From contig CAWAIF010000003.1 in assembly GCA_963782055.1 (NCBI GenBank), positions 5,504,001-5,568,000 on the forward strand: a DNA stretch of 64,000 nucleotides. The letters are read 5' to 3'. Origin of the DNA: an uncultured delta proteobacterium (GTDB lineage Bacteria > Myxococcota_A > Polyangia > Polyangiales > Polyangiaceae). Shown piece after piece: positions 1 to 9,657 of this stretch. Below the pieces are notes generated by a model. It ran no database searches, was not told where the DNA came from, and worked only from the letters and a program-made list of their open reading frames with translations. A program made the translations under genes and the position numbers. The stretch's first letter is position 1, and every line of letters begins with the position of its first letter.

Positions 1-693
1 CTGCGACACCACGGCCGAGACCGTGCCGGTGAAGACGGCGAAGGTGCTCAGGCCCACGAAGATCAGTAGCAAGCTCACCACGCGACCGCCGAGCGTCAGC
101 GGGGGATCCGGCGTCGGCTGGGTGGCGAAGATGGAGTACAGGCTGAACCAGAACGCCTGACCGAAGGTGTGGAGCTCCGGGTTGTCCTGCCCCTCGAAGG
201 CGAGCAGCGCCGCGGTGGCGGTGACCGCGGTCAGGCCGATCGCCGCGGCCAGACCGAACGCGCGGCTGGCGGTGTTGCGCCGCGGGATCCCCGGGATGGC
301 CGGGAGCCGGCGCATGCTGGCGACCATCGTGGGCACGCGCAGGAGCCGGAGCAGGCGCGTCGCCGGGTAGGCGGCCGCCAGCCCGGGGGCGACCGAGGCG
401 ACCGCCACCAGGTCCGACCAGTGCTCGCGCAGGAAGCGCCCGGTGGTTGAGGAAGCGCGCCAGCGCAGGGCGAGCTCCACGGCGAACACGGCGGCGAAGC
501 CCACCGAGAGCCGGCGGAGCAGCCCGCCCGCGGTGGAGGCCTCGCCCACGGCGATCTCGGTCACCGTGAGGCCCACCCACGCGACAATCAGGCCCACGGT
601 CGCGAGGTGAAAGGCCGGCCGGGACACGAGCCTGCGCGCGCGGGAGGGGCGCGCCCCGTCGCCTTCGATGCGCGGCTGCTTCGCGGGCGCCAC
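1..693 (-). CDS. Ion channel / ion transporter protein (voltage-sensor-like N-terminus plus pore module), 5' part only; runs off the window edge
   Basis: Own translation from GTG 693: several TM helices, S4-like RLLRLLRV, then a pore region FEGQDNPELHTFGQAFWFSLYSIFATQP-PLTLGGRVVSLLLIFVGLSTFAVFTGTVS. Absent from the ORF track because it is open at the edge. Confidence 0.65.
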   Translation of the reverse strand, partial: MAPAKQPRIEGDGARPSRARRLVSRPAFHLATVGLIVAWVGLTVTEIAVGEASTAGGLLRRLSVGFAAVFAVELALRWRASSTTGRFLREHWSDLVAVASVAPGLAAAYPATRLLRLLRVPTMVASMRRLPAIPGIPRRNTASRAFGLAAAIGLTAVTATAALLAFEGQDNPELHTFGQAFWFSLYSIFATQPTPDPPLTLGGRVVSLLLIFVGLSTFAVFTGTVSAVVSQ

Positions 694-782
694 GGTCTGG
701 CTATCGCATCGACCCGGGAGAAAGGAAAGACCCGAAGGCCGGGAACATGCCGTGGGGGGCAGAGCGTAGGAGGAGGACGAGA

Positions 783-2123
783 ATGGAAGAGCGGCTCGCT
801 TCGAAGCCCGGTGCCTGGCAACGCATGCGCCCCGCGCTGGGGGTCTCGTTTGCCGTGATTGGACTGAGCGCGGCGGCGTTCGGCCTGGCGGCGGGGGTCC
901 GGACGTTCGCGGGGGCGGCCCTGCCCATCTCCACCCTCGGGTCCCTCCTCTCGCTCGCGGCCGTGGCGCTCGTGGCGCGCCGCGGCCGGAAGGGGCTCGC
1001 CCTCGCCGCCGGCAGCGTCACGCTCCTGGCGTGGGTCCCGGTGCTCGTCCTCGGCGCGCTCCGGGCGCTGTCCGCGCCCATCGCCACCACCGAGGTGATG
1101 TGCGGCATGGCGCAGCTCGGCCTCCTCGTGCTGGTGCCGCTCGGGGTGATGGTCGCCTGGACGATCCTCGCCCCCGTCGCGACGGTGACCGCGCTGGTGG
1201 GGCGGCGGGGGCGACTCCTCGTGGAGGCGGTCGCGGTCGCCGTCACCGCCGCCGGGATGGCGGTCGCGTTCCTCGGCGTGGCCGCGTCGCGGTGGCCAGC
1301 ACCGGACGCCTACCTCTCCACCTTGCGGACGGTGCCTCTCGCGCAGGGCAGCCAGGCCGTCGGCCCGTGGGCGGTCGACTACGGCGGGCGCGCCGCGCGC
1401 GAGCCCATCCGCGATCCGGACTACACCTGCGACCTGACGGTGCAGCGCCGGTCGCGCAGCCGCACCGTCTCGGTGCTCGCGGGACGCGCGCCGTGCCCGC
1501 GCCTGTATGCGCACGTGGAGGCCCCCGCGGCGAGCGGCGAGGGCGGCGCGCGCGACCTCCTGGTGATCGACGGCAACCCGACGCCGCCGCCGGAGGACCG
1601 CGCGTCCTTCGTCACGGTGGGCGACGACGTGCTGGGCCAGCAGGACCTCGCCCCGTCCGACGTGCCGCACGCCCTCGGGCCGCCGCGCGGGTGGGTCGCG
1701 GGCGGCGTGGCCGGCGCGCTGGTCGCCCTCGCCGCGCTCCTCGCCGCGTGGCGCGTCCGCCGCCGCGCTCGATCGCTGCAGAATGCACGCGATGCGGTGC
1801 ACGCCGGCGACGGCTGGGTGACGCTCCGGGCGCCCGCGGCGGGCGGCGTGGACGGCCCCGGCACCGACGGTGCGCCCCGTCACGTGCCGGCGCTGGTGGG
1901 CATGCCCGCAGGCCCGGTGATGGTGGTCGCGCGCCGCGGGGGCGGCGCCACCGCCTACCGCGATGACGGGCGGGTGGACGTGGTGCTCGCGGGCGCCGGC
2001 ACGAAAGCGGAGGCCCTCGCCGGCGTGGCGTCCATGCGCCTCGGGCTGGCCGCCTTCGCCATCGCCGCCGTGCTCCTCACACAGGCCGTGCTGTGGGCCG
2101 CCCGGCTGCGCGGCCTGATGTGA
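783..2123 (+). CDS. Hypothetical multi-pass membrane protein
   Basis: ORF 747..2123 with several hydrophobic segments; AGGAGG precedes ATG 783; no family recognised. Confidence 0.6.
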   Translation: MEERLASKPGAWQRMRPALGVSFAVIGLSAAAFGLAAGVRTFAGAALPISTLGSLLSLAAVALVARRGRKGLALAAGSVTLLAWVPVLVLGALRALSAPIATTEVMCGMAQLGLLVLVPLGVMVAWTILAPVATVTALVGRRGRLLVEAVAVAVTAAGMAVAFLGVAASRWPAPDAYLSTLRTVPLAQGSQAVGPWAVDYGGRAAREPIRDPDYTCDLTVQRRSRSRTVSVLAGRAPCPRLYAHVEAPAASGEGGARDLLVIDGNPTPPPEDRASFVTVGDDVLGQQDLAPSDVPHALGPPRGWVAGGVAGALVALAALLAAWRVRRRARSLQNARDAVHAGDGWVTLRAPAAGGVDGPGTDGAPRHVPALVGMPAGPVMVVARRGGGATAYRDDGRVDVVLAGAGTKAEALAGVASMRLGLAAFAIAAVLLTQAVLWAARLRGLM

Positions 2124-2342
2124 ACGGGCGTCGGCGCGAGGTGTGACGATCCGGCCGCAGAACGGCCCGGCGGGGTGTGGCGGCGCGCCGGTCGCGGCCC
2201 GAAATCCGCCGCACATCCGGCGGCTTGTGAAGAACGGCGCGGCCTGTCCGTCCATCCAATCGGCGCGGCCTGTCGCTTGCAACGCCGCTCTTTCCCGCCG
2301 CCGACTGGGCGCAGGCACCCTTTTGTGACATAAGAGGAACCG

Positions 2343-2924
2343 ATGTCGTCTCTTTCCCTACCGCGCCTCTTCACCCCGGCGAAGGTACTGGGCGTCCTGG
2401 TCGCCCTGGCAGCGACCATCCCCACGGCGACCGCGTCGGCGAGCACGCCGACGTTCGGCGCGTACGACGTGCCGACGGTCTTCTTCATCAACAAGAGCGA
2501 CGATCACAACCGCGTCGACTACGCCATCCACCTGACCGATCACTGCGCTCCCAAGGACGACGACGCCGTCTTCCCGTACTGGCGCGAGTTCGAGCACGCG
2601 CCCCCGGTCCGCATCCACACGCTGGGACTGTTCGAGTACGCCGCCTACGGCTTCGCCGACCAGCACATGCTCCACCGCACCCTCACCGGCGGCGAGCAGT
2701 TCATGAAGCTCAAGCAGTTCGACCGCGGCATCTTCATCGTCACCAAGAAGGAAGCGGATGGGAAGTGCAGCGCGAAGGCGTACGCCACCATCGGCGGCGT
2801 CGAGGGCGCGCAGCTGGACAGCATCTACGTGAAGCTCGCCGGCGCGCTCAGCGTGGACTACGTCGAGGTCCACGGGAAGAACCCGCAGACCGGCGCGGCG
2901 ATCGAAGAGCGCCTGAAGCGCTGA
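2343..2924 (+). CDS. Secreted protein, DUF4833-like
   Basis: Signal peptide, VFFINKSDDHNRVDY motif and C-terminal VDYVEVHGKNPQTG..IEERL; GAGGAA RBS. Confidence 0.6.
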   Translation: MSSLSLPRLFTPAKVLGVLVALAATIPTATASASTPTFGAYDVPTVFFINKSDDHNRVDYAIHLTDHCAPKDDDAVFPYWREFEHAPPVRIHTLGLFEYAAYGFADQHMLHRTLTGGEQFMKLKQFDRGIFIVTKKEADGKCSAKAYATIGGVEGAQLDSIYVKLAGALSVDYVEVHGKNPQTGAAIEERLKR

Positions 2925-2943
2925 GCAAGCAAGCGCCGGCCAC

Positions 2944-3483
2944 TCACCCGGCGGCGGCGTCGCGGATGGAGGAGTCCGGCGCGACGTCATCGCCCTCACC
3001 GTCGGAGGCCTCACCCCCGACGACCTTCATCCACATCGCGCTCTGCTCGCCGGTGTAGACGAGAGTCTCGCCCTGGAAGAAGCGGAACTCGTAGCGGGCG
3101 AACACCGACTTCTCGCTCCGGCGGATCTGGGTGACCTTGCCCTCCAGCACGAGCGGCTGATCCGTGCGCGCCAGGGCGCGGAACTTGGCGTCGTAGATGC
3201 GGCCGCCGTAGCCAATCCAGCCGTCGGCGTGCTTGAGGCCGAGCACGTAGTACGCGTGGACGAAGCCGACCATGCCCGTCATGTGGACCATCAGCCCGCC
3301 GGAGACGTGGCGGGGGTGACGGACCGGATGCGCCCGCTGCTCACGCGTCAGCGGCAGGTCGTCGTGCGTCGCCATGCGCACGCGCACGACGTGATTTTCG
3401 GCGTCGATCTCCAGGATCTCGTCGATGAGCAGGCCCCCTGGTCCGTAAGGGCAATCGGCGACGAACTCGGGGTCCAGCGGCAT
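2944..3483 (-). CDS. Hotdog-fold FabA/FabZ-like dehydratase
   Basis: PYGPGGLLIDEILEID...HP..HPRHVSGGLMVH...AKFRA resembles the FabZ/FabA pattern. Confidence 0.6.
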   Translation of the reverse strand: MPLDPEFVADCPYGPGGLLIDEILEIDAENHVVRVRMATHDDLPLTREQRAHPVRHPRHVSGGLMVHMTGMVGFVHAYYVLGLKHADGWIGYGGRIYDAKFRALARTDQPLVLEGKVTQIRRSEKSVFARYEFRFFQGETLVYTGEQSAMWMKVVGGEASDGEGDDVAPDSSIRDAAAG

Positions 3484-3567
3484 GGCGGGGGTGTGTACCA
3501 CACCTCCTCCCGGCGCGCGCATCGGGGGATGCCCCGGACCGTCAGCACGCTTGCGGTTCGACGAGTC

Positions 3568-4740
3568 TCACTCCCCGGTCGGCGCCTCGCGGTCCAGCTC
3601 GCCCAGGAGCAGCGCCATGAAGTGCACAAGGTTGGCCTGATCGCGCAGGCTGGGCTTGCCGTGCAGCTCCACGTGCTGGATGGCCGGCGAGACCAGCGCG
3701 TCCTGCACCGTCCCGGGTGGAGCATCCACCGCGAGCCAGCGCGTCTCCGACGCCGGGATGACGGTGTCGCCCGCGCCGTGGAGCAGGTACACGTGCGCGC
3801 GCAGGCCGCCGATGTTGCCGTGCGGCGAGACGCGCTTCATGCGGTCGGCCGCCTTGGTGATGGCCGCGAGGAGCTTCGGCCCGAGCACGTCCTCGCGGTG
3901 GTCGAAGACCAGCTCCATGGTGGCCTTGCCCGCCGGGGAGAGCCTCTGCGCCACCTTCCGCGCGTCGTCGAACTTCTCGTGCAGCCAGTCGCGGACCGCC
4001 TCCCGCGCCACCGCCACGTCTCTGTCGGGGAAGAAGAGCTGGATGTAGCTGTAGACCAGCACCACCGCGCCGTAGTCGTGGGCCTTGATGTGGAACTGGG
4101 TGCCGTCCGGCTCGGCGATGGTGGAGCTCACGAAGAAGCGCGACACCCTCGCGAGATCGTCGTGCGCGCCGACGGCGACCACGAAGTCGATCGCCGGGGC
4201 GAACTGCGGGTTGGAGGCGGCGAGCAGGGCGAGGCCCCCGGAGAAGCTCAGGCCCAGCACGCCCACGGCGGTGCGGTGCACGCGATCGCGCAGCTTCATC
4301 GCGGCGCGGCCGATGGTCACCGCGCTGCGCATGTCGACGCGGTAATCGGCCAGGTCGTCGAGCTGCGGGGTGAGGACCACCACGCCCGCCGAGGCGATGG
4401 TCCTCGCGAAGCGCTTCAGGCGCGGCTCCTCGATGCCCAGGTTGTGGATGCCATGGGAGATGACCAGCCCGGGGGGGTCGCTCACGCCTACCGGCAGGTA
4501 GTAGCGGGCGGGCATGGGGCCCTCCGGCGTGTCGACTGTCGTCTCCTCGGTCACGACGTCGTGGGCGCCGAAGGCGGCGAAGCCGGAGGGCCTGGTGTCC
4601 CCGGCCTCGAAGCGCAGCAGCAGGGCCGCGGCGCGGGCGTGCTGGCAGCCCGGCTGGACCGCGAAGAGGGAGAGCACCACGAGGAGGAGGAGCGCGCGCA
4701 GGCCCCTCTTGCGCTTGGGCTTGCGGCCTGGCGTGGGCAT
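3568..4740 (-). CDS. Exported alpha/beta hydrolase
   Basis: Signal/TM segment, HG oxyanion motif, GLSFSGG nucleophile elbow, HGAGDTVIP, C-terminal His. Confidence 0.7.
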   Translation of the reverse strand: MPTPGRKPKRKRGLRALLLLVVLSLFAVQPGCQHARAAALLLRFEAGDTRPSGFAAFGAHDVVTEETTVDTPEGPMPARYYLPVGVSDPPGLVISHGIHNLGIEEPRLKRFARTIASAGVVVLTPQLDDLADYRVDMRSAVTIGRAAMKLRDRVHRTAVGVLGLSFSGGLALLAASNPQFAPAIDFVVAVGAHDDLARVSRFFVSSTIAEPDGTQFHIKAHDYGAVVLVYSYIQLFFPDRDVAVAREAVRDWLHEKFDDARKVAQRLSPAGKATMELVFDHREDVLGPKLLAAITKAADRMKRVSPHGNIGGLRAHVYLLHGAGDTVIPASETRWLAVDAPPGTVQDALVSPAIQHVELHGKPSLRDQANLVHFMALLLGELDREAPTGE

Positions 4741-4883
4741 CGGCAAGAGGATAGCACCGGCGCCGGAGCCGGCGGCTCATGCAAGGGGTGCGGCACCACG
4801 AAGGGGGTGCAGGCGGCCGCCGCACGTCACCACGGCGGACCCGCGGCGCGCTTTCGGCACGAAAGATGAAATGCCCCTGGGGC

Positions 4884-5279
4884 ATGAGCCCCACCATCCG
4901 GAAGTACATGACGAGCTCACCTCACTCGATCGGGCGCGACCAGACGCTGGCCACGGCGCATGAGATGATGCGCACCCACGACATCCGGCACCTGCCCGTG
5001 CTGGAGGGCGGCAAGCTCGTGGGCGTCGTGACCCAGCGCGACCTGCACCTCGTCGAGACGCTGCGCGACGTGGACCCCGACCAGGTGACGGTCGAGGACG
5101 CCATGAGCACGCAGGTCTACGCCGTGGAGCAGGACACACCGCTCGAGGAGGTGGTCTCCAACATGGCCGAGCACCGCTATGGCTCGGTCGTCGTGATGCA
5201 CGGACAGAAGGTCGTCGGCATCTTCACGACCACCGATGCCTGCAGGGCGCTCGCCGTGCTGCTCCACGAGCGGCGCTGA
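4884..5279 (+). CDS. CBS-domain pair protein
   Basis: Two CBS repeats: MRTHDIRHLPV..GKLVGVVTQRDL and VVGIFTTTDA. Confidence 0.85.
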   Translation: MSPTIRKYMTSSPHSIGRDQTLATAHEMMRTHDIRHLPVLEGGKLVGVVTQRDLHLVETLRDVDPDQVTVEDAMSTQVYAVEQDTPLEEVVSNMAEHRYGSVVVMHGQKVVGIFTTTDACRALAVLLHERR

Positions 5280-5288
5280 GGGCGTCGC

Positions 5289-5822
5289 TCAGTATCCGCC
5301 CGACGGCGCCATCGCGACCACCGCGACGATGGCGATGGCGACGACGATGGCCCCGAGGACCACGCCGATGATCGTCGTCACGGCCTGGATGAGGAACGCC
5401 GAGCCGAGCTTCTGCATGGCCTGCATCATGTGCTCGATGTCGTTGCCCTGGGTGTTGACCACGGCGGACAGCGACTTGGCGACGCCGAGGAGGGTCACAC
5501 CGACGACGATGCCGACGATGCCGATCACCAGGTAGGCGATGAGCCCCGGGTTGAGGAAGAAGAGCATCCCCGAGAGCGTGTACAGGGCGCCGATGATGAC
5601 CGAGATGATCCCCCACAGGCGCGTGCGCCCCGCCGTCTTGGCGATGATGCCGTTCTCCAGGTCGTTGAACTCGTACTGCCCGTAGCCGTAGCCGCCACCG
5701 AAGCCGGCCTGCGGGTACCCGGGCTGCGGCCCGTAACCCTGCTGCTGCTGCTGGCCGTACCCACCCGGCTGCTGCTGTCCGTAGCCTCCTCCGCCCGGCG
5801 GCGGCTGCCATCCACCCTGCAT
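5289..5822 (-). CDS. Membrane protein with G/Y/Q/P-rich N-terminus (DUF5362-like)
   Basis: MQGGWQPPPGGGGYGQQQ low-complexity head, then YEFNDLEN and three TM helices; GGGAGA RBS. Confidence 0.6.
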   Translation of the reverse strand: MQGGWQPPPGGGGYGQQQPGGYGQQQQQGYGPQPGYPQAGFGGGYGYGQYEFNDLENGIIAKTAGRTRLWGIISVIIGALYTLSGMLFFLNPGLIAYLVIGIVGIVVGVTLLGVAKSLSAVVNTQGNDIEHMMQAMQKLGSAFLIQAVTTIIGVVLGAIVVAIAIVAVVAMAPSGGY

Positions 5823-5931
5823 CGCTGTCTCCCTTCCCGCGGCTTGATCGCCGGCACCCGGGGCCTCCCCGAGCAGCGCCCATACTAGCCTCGGCGGGGG
5901 GCGCACGGCGGCTTGATTGAGCCCGCATCCC

Positions 5932-6921
5932 CTACTTACATACCGAGAGGTCGGGCAGGGTGCACTTCGCGGCCTGGCACGTCGCCGGGTACAGGCATGT
6001 CGCGCCAGTCTGTCCGCCGCACGGCTGGCCATCGGCGGCGATGGTGCTGCACGTGCCCGCGCTGGCGAGCGTCGAGCACTGCGCGCCGCCGGAGCACTCG
6101 GTGAGGGCGCCGGTCTTGGCGTCGTAGCCGCAAGCCTGCCCGGGCGGAGCGAGGGCAATCTTGGCGCACTTGGAGGTCACCGTGTTGCAGAAGAGGCCCA
6201 GGGAGAAGCTGCAAACCGAGCCGCCCTGCGCCGAGCACGGGGCGCCCTCCGCCGCGGGCTGCGCGCAGTTGCCCTGATCGCAGACGAGGTCCAGCCGGCA
6301 GGGCGCGGCGAGGTTGTCGCACGAGGCGTTCAGCGCGCCGGGCTGGACGCACGTCCCGTTCGGGGAGCAGCGGAGGCCGTACTCGCAGGGGGCGCCGGTG
6401 CAGTCCTGGCCGAGGGCGACGCGCGCCACGCAGGTGCCGCAGCCGCTGGAGGCGCCGGGCTCGCAGCCGGTGCTCTGGCACTGGGCGTCGACGCCGCAGG
6501 CGTTGCCGTCCGCCACGGCCCCGGGTGACGCGCGGCATGCGTCGGGCGGCACGCCGCCGAGATCGTCGGCGCAGCTCTCCGCCGCGGTGGCCGCGGCGCA
6601 CGCGTCGAGGCTCGCCGCGGTCGCGCTGGCGCCGGGGAGCCCCTGGCCGAGCTGACAGGCGAGGGTGCGGCGCGCGACGCACGTGGCCATGTCGCCGTGG
6701 AGGTCCGAGAGGATGAAGGGGGAGCACTTCTGGATCTCGCCACAGATGGCCTTGGCCATGTCGGCGCAGGGCTGCGCGGCGGCGCCATCCGGCGGGGCGG
6801 CGTCGGCCTGGCTGTCGGCCCCCGCGTCCTCGCCGGGCTGCGAGCCTCCGTCCCCCCCGCACCCGACGAGGGCGGCGGCCGCGAGGACCGCCACCCACGC
6901 CGGCGCGCGCAGCGGGCTCAG
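5932..6921 (-). CDS. Cysteine-rich lipoprotein
   Basis: Lipobox LVGC, DAG linker and repeated CxxxxxCxxxLxC units. Start uncertain: CTG 6921 overlapping the upstream TGA, or GTG 6894. Confidence 0.7.
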   Translation of the reverse strand: MSPLRAPAWVAVLAAAALVGCGGDGGSQPGEDAGADSQADAAPPDGAAAQPCADMAKAICGEIQKCSPFILSDLHGDMATCVARRTLACQLGQGLPGASATAASLDACAAATAAESCADDLGGVPPDACRASPGAVADGNACGVDAQCQSTGCEPGASSGCGTCVARVALGQDCTGAPCEYGLRCSPNGTCVQPGALNASCDNLAAPCRLDLVCDQGNCAQPAAEGAPCSAQGGSVCSFSLGLFCNTVTSKCAKIALAPPGQACGYDAKTGALTECSGGAQCSTLASAGTCSTIAADGQPCGGQTGATCLYPATCQAAKCTLPDLSVCK

Positions 6922-8240
6922 TTGGGCGGCGGGTACTCGCACCGCCCGTTGGTGCACGGCACGTTGTTGCAACAGTCGGAGGACTGGGAGCACGTCTGGC
7001 CGTAGAAGGCGCAGCCGCCGTCGGTGCCGCCATCCGTGGCGTTGGGCTCGCAGGTGCCCTTGCCGTTCTGCAGGTAGCAGTGGCCGCCCGCGCAGCAGTC
7101 GGAGTCGGTCGTGCAGGGGCCCTGGGTGGGCACGCACGGGCCGGGGTAGCAGGTGAAGCCGCCGTCGCCGTCGGACACGCACGGGTTGAGGTTGCAGCAG
7201 TCGGCGCTGGAGGCGCACGCGCCGCCGTCGGCGGGGATGCAGCCCGCGTCACCCGCGTAGCTGCACCGCGGCACGCCCAGGTTGTCCTGGTGGCAGGTGT
7301 CGTCCTTCTGGACGTTGCCGCTGCAGCAGTTGTCCGTCGCGTTGCACTGGTTGGTCTTCAGGCGGCAGATGTCCCCGTTGGGCTTGCAGCCGCTCGGGTT
7401 GCTGCACACGCCGATCGGGTCGTTGGGGTTCGCCTTGTTGCACTGGACCTTGGGGTTGCCCTGGCTGCAGCAGTCGGCCGCGGTCGCGCAGGTGTCGCCG
7501 ACGGGGCGGCACCCGCTCGCCGGCTGGCAGATGAGCACGCCGGTGTTGCCGTAGGGCGCGCAGGAGCGGCTGCAGCAGCTCCCGCCGCACATGGGCACGC
7601 CGCTGTCCTGGAGGATGACGCCGCCGTCGGCGCCGATGCCGCCGCACACCACGCCGTCCACCATGCTGCACTGCGCGCCGATGCTCTGGGGCTGGCCGCA
7701 CACGCCGAACTGGGCGTTCGGCTGCTTGTTGCACAGGCCGCCGCAGCAGTCGGAGCCCTTGGTGCAGACGTCGCCGTTCTGCCCGCAGTACGAGGGCTGC
7801 GAGCAGACGCCGTTGGTGCACCACGTCGAGCAGCACTCGCTCCCGCTCTTGCAGGCGTTGCCCAGCGTCTTGCAGGTGTTGTTGAGCGGCGTGCAGGTGC
7901 CGCCGTCGCCGCAGGTGCCGCCGCAGCAATCGGTGTTGCTGGCGCAAGCCTGGTTGTCGCTGACGCACGGGGCGGGCTGGCAGGAGCCGTTGGCGCAGTT
8001 GCCGCTGCAGCACTCGGCGTTGCCGGAGCACTTCCCTCCGAGGCCCTGGCCGCCGTCGCAGTTCCAGTTGCCGTCGTTGCCGCCGCCGTCCGGTAGCGTG
8101 CTGCCGTCATTGCCGGCGCCGTCCCCCATGGTGCCGTCGGCGCTGCCGTCGGCGATTCCGCCGCTGTCATCACCCCCACAGGCGAGGGGCAACATCGCGA
8201 ACGGTAGGAGAAACAGGCAGAGGACGAGCAGCCGCTTCAT
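6918..8240 (-). CDS. Cysteine-rich lipoprotein with ten tandem C-C-CC-C-C modules
   Basis: MKRLLVLC...LPLAC lipobox, GGAGG RBS, DGG-rich linker and ten CC-containing modules. Confidence 0.82.
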   Translation of the reverse strand: MKRLLVLCLFLLPFAMLPLACGGDDSGGIADGSADGTMGDGAGNDGSTLPDGGGNDGNWNCDGGQGLGGKCSGNAECCSGNCANGSCQPAPCVSDNQACASNTDCCGGTCGDGGTCTPLNNTCKTLGNACKSGSECCSTWCTNGVCSQPSYCGQNGDVCTKGSDCCGGLCNKQPNAQFGVCGQPQSIGAQCSMVDGVVCGGIGADGGVILQDSGVPMCGGSCCSRSCAPYGNTGVLICQPASGCRPVGDTCATAADCCSQGNPKVQCNKANPNDPIGVCSNPSGCKPNGDICRLKTNQCNATDNCCSGNVQKDDTCHQDNLGVPRCSYAGDAGCIPADGGACASSADCCNLNPCVSDGDGGFTCYPGPCVPTQGPCTTDSDCCAGGHCYLQNGKGTCEPNATDGGTDGGCAFYGQTCSQSSDCCNNVPCTNGRCEYPPPN

Positions 8241-8387
8241 AGAGTCCACCTCCAGGTTGTCGCTGCGGGCGCAAGAAGCGTTCCCGCCCGCATCCTGCGG
8301 GTATTTCGCGGGCCCAGGTGGCCGGGCCCCGCGCAGCTGGGTTGCCCCGCGACCATGACCTGGCAACACGACTGACCACCGGCAGGA

Positions 8388-9599
8388 TCAGCCGGCGTAG
8401 CCCTCTTCCCCGTGCTGCGTGGTGTCGAGACCCTCGCGCTCGTCCCCCTGCGTGACGCGCAGGCCGACCGTCTTGTCGATCAGCTTGAGCACCACGAAGG
8501 TGACCACCACGGCGTAGGCGCCCACGGCCAGGCAGCCCAGCGCCTGCACGCCCAGCTGGTGGAGGCCGCCGTCGGCGCCGGCGTCGTTGAGCGCCTTCTG
8601 CGCGAAGACGCCGGTGAGCAGCGCGCCGGTGAGGCCGCCCACGCCGTGCACGCCGAAGGCGTCCAGCGTGTCGTCGTAGCCGAACTTGTATTTTGCAAGC
8701 ACCGCGAGGTAGCAGACGCCGCTCGCCGCGACGCCGATGACCAGCGCGGCCCACGGCGCGACGAACCCCGCCGCTGGCGTGATGGCGACGAGCCCGGCGA
8801 CGAGCCCCGACGCCACGCCGAGCGCCGTCGGCTTCTGCCGGTGTACCCACTCGATGACGAGCCAGCCGAGCGCGCCGCCGGCGGCGCCGAGGTGCGTGGT
8901 GACGAAGGCGAGCGCCGCGAGCAATCCGCTGCTGAGCGCGCTCCCCGCGTTGAAGCCGAACCACCCGAACCAGAGGATGCCCGCGCCGGTCAGCGTCATC
9001 GTCAGGTTGTGCGGCAGCGGCCGCTCCTGCGGGTACTTGAGGCGTCGCCCCAGCACCAGCGCGCAGACCAGGGCGGAGATGCCCGCCGTCAGGTGCACCA
9101 CCGTGCCGCCGGCGAAGTCCAGCGCGTGGCGCTGCGCGAGCCAGCCGTCCGGCGCCCACACCCAGTGCGCCACCGGGTCGTAGACCAGGGTGGACCAGAG
9201 CAGGATGAAGAGCACGTACGCCGAGAACTTCATGCGCTCGGCGAAGGCGCCGGAGATGAGCGCCGGCGTGATCACCGCGAACATCATCTGGAAGGCGACG
9301 AAGGCGAGCGCCGGCACGCTCCCCTGCTGCGCCTGGGCGAGGCCGCGCAGGCCCAGGAACTCCAGCCCGCCGACCAGGCCGCCGTGCGTCTTGCCGAAGG
9401 ACAGGGTGTAGCCGATGAGCATCCACTGCACGCTGATGACCGGGATCGCCGTCATCGAGTGCATGATGGTGGACAGCACGTTCTTGCGCCGGACCATGCC
9501 GCCGTAGAAGAGCGCCAGCGCGGGCGTCATGAGCAGCACGAGCGCGGCGGAGACGAGGAGCCAGGCGGTGTCGCCTGCGCTGATCGGGGGTTGGCTCAC
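8388..9599 (-). CDS. amtB: Ammonium transporter (Amt family)
   Basis: FQMMFAVITPALISGAFAER, DFAGGTVVH, PHNL..GAGILWFGWFGFNAGS, DDTLDAFGVHG, EREGLD.TQHGE motifs; GTG 9599. Confidence 0.95.
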   Translation of the reverse strand: MSQPPISAGDTAWLLVSAALVLLMTPALALFYGGMVRRKNVLSTIMHSMTAIPVISVQWMLIGYTLSFGKTHGGLVGGLEFLGLRGLAQAQQGSVPALAFVAFQMMFAVITPALISGAFAERMKFSAYVLFILLWSTLVYDPVAHWVWAPDGWLAQRHALDFAGGTVVHLTAGISALVCALVLGRRLKYPQERPLPHNLTMTLTGAGILWFGWFGFNAGSALSSGLLAALAFVTTHLGAAGGALGWLVIEWVHRQKPTALGVASGLVAGLVAITPAAGFVAPWAALVIGVAASGVCYLAVLAKYKFGYDDTLDAFGVHGVGGLTGALLTGVFAQKALNDAGADGGLHQLGVQALGCLAVGAYAVVVTFVVLKLIDKTVGLRVTQGDEREGLDTTQHGEEGYAG

Positions 9600-9657
9600 G
9601 GAACATGGGGGTACACCGCCCCGTGTTTCGTCCGCGTTTCGGCGTATGCTGCCGCGG

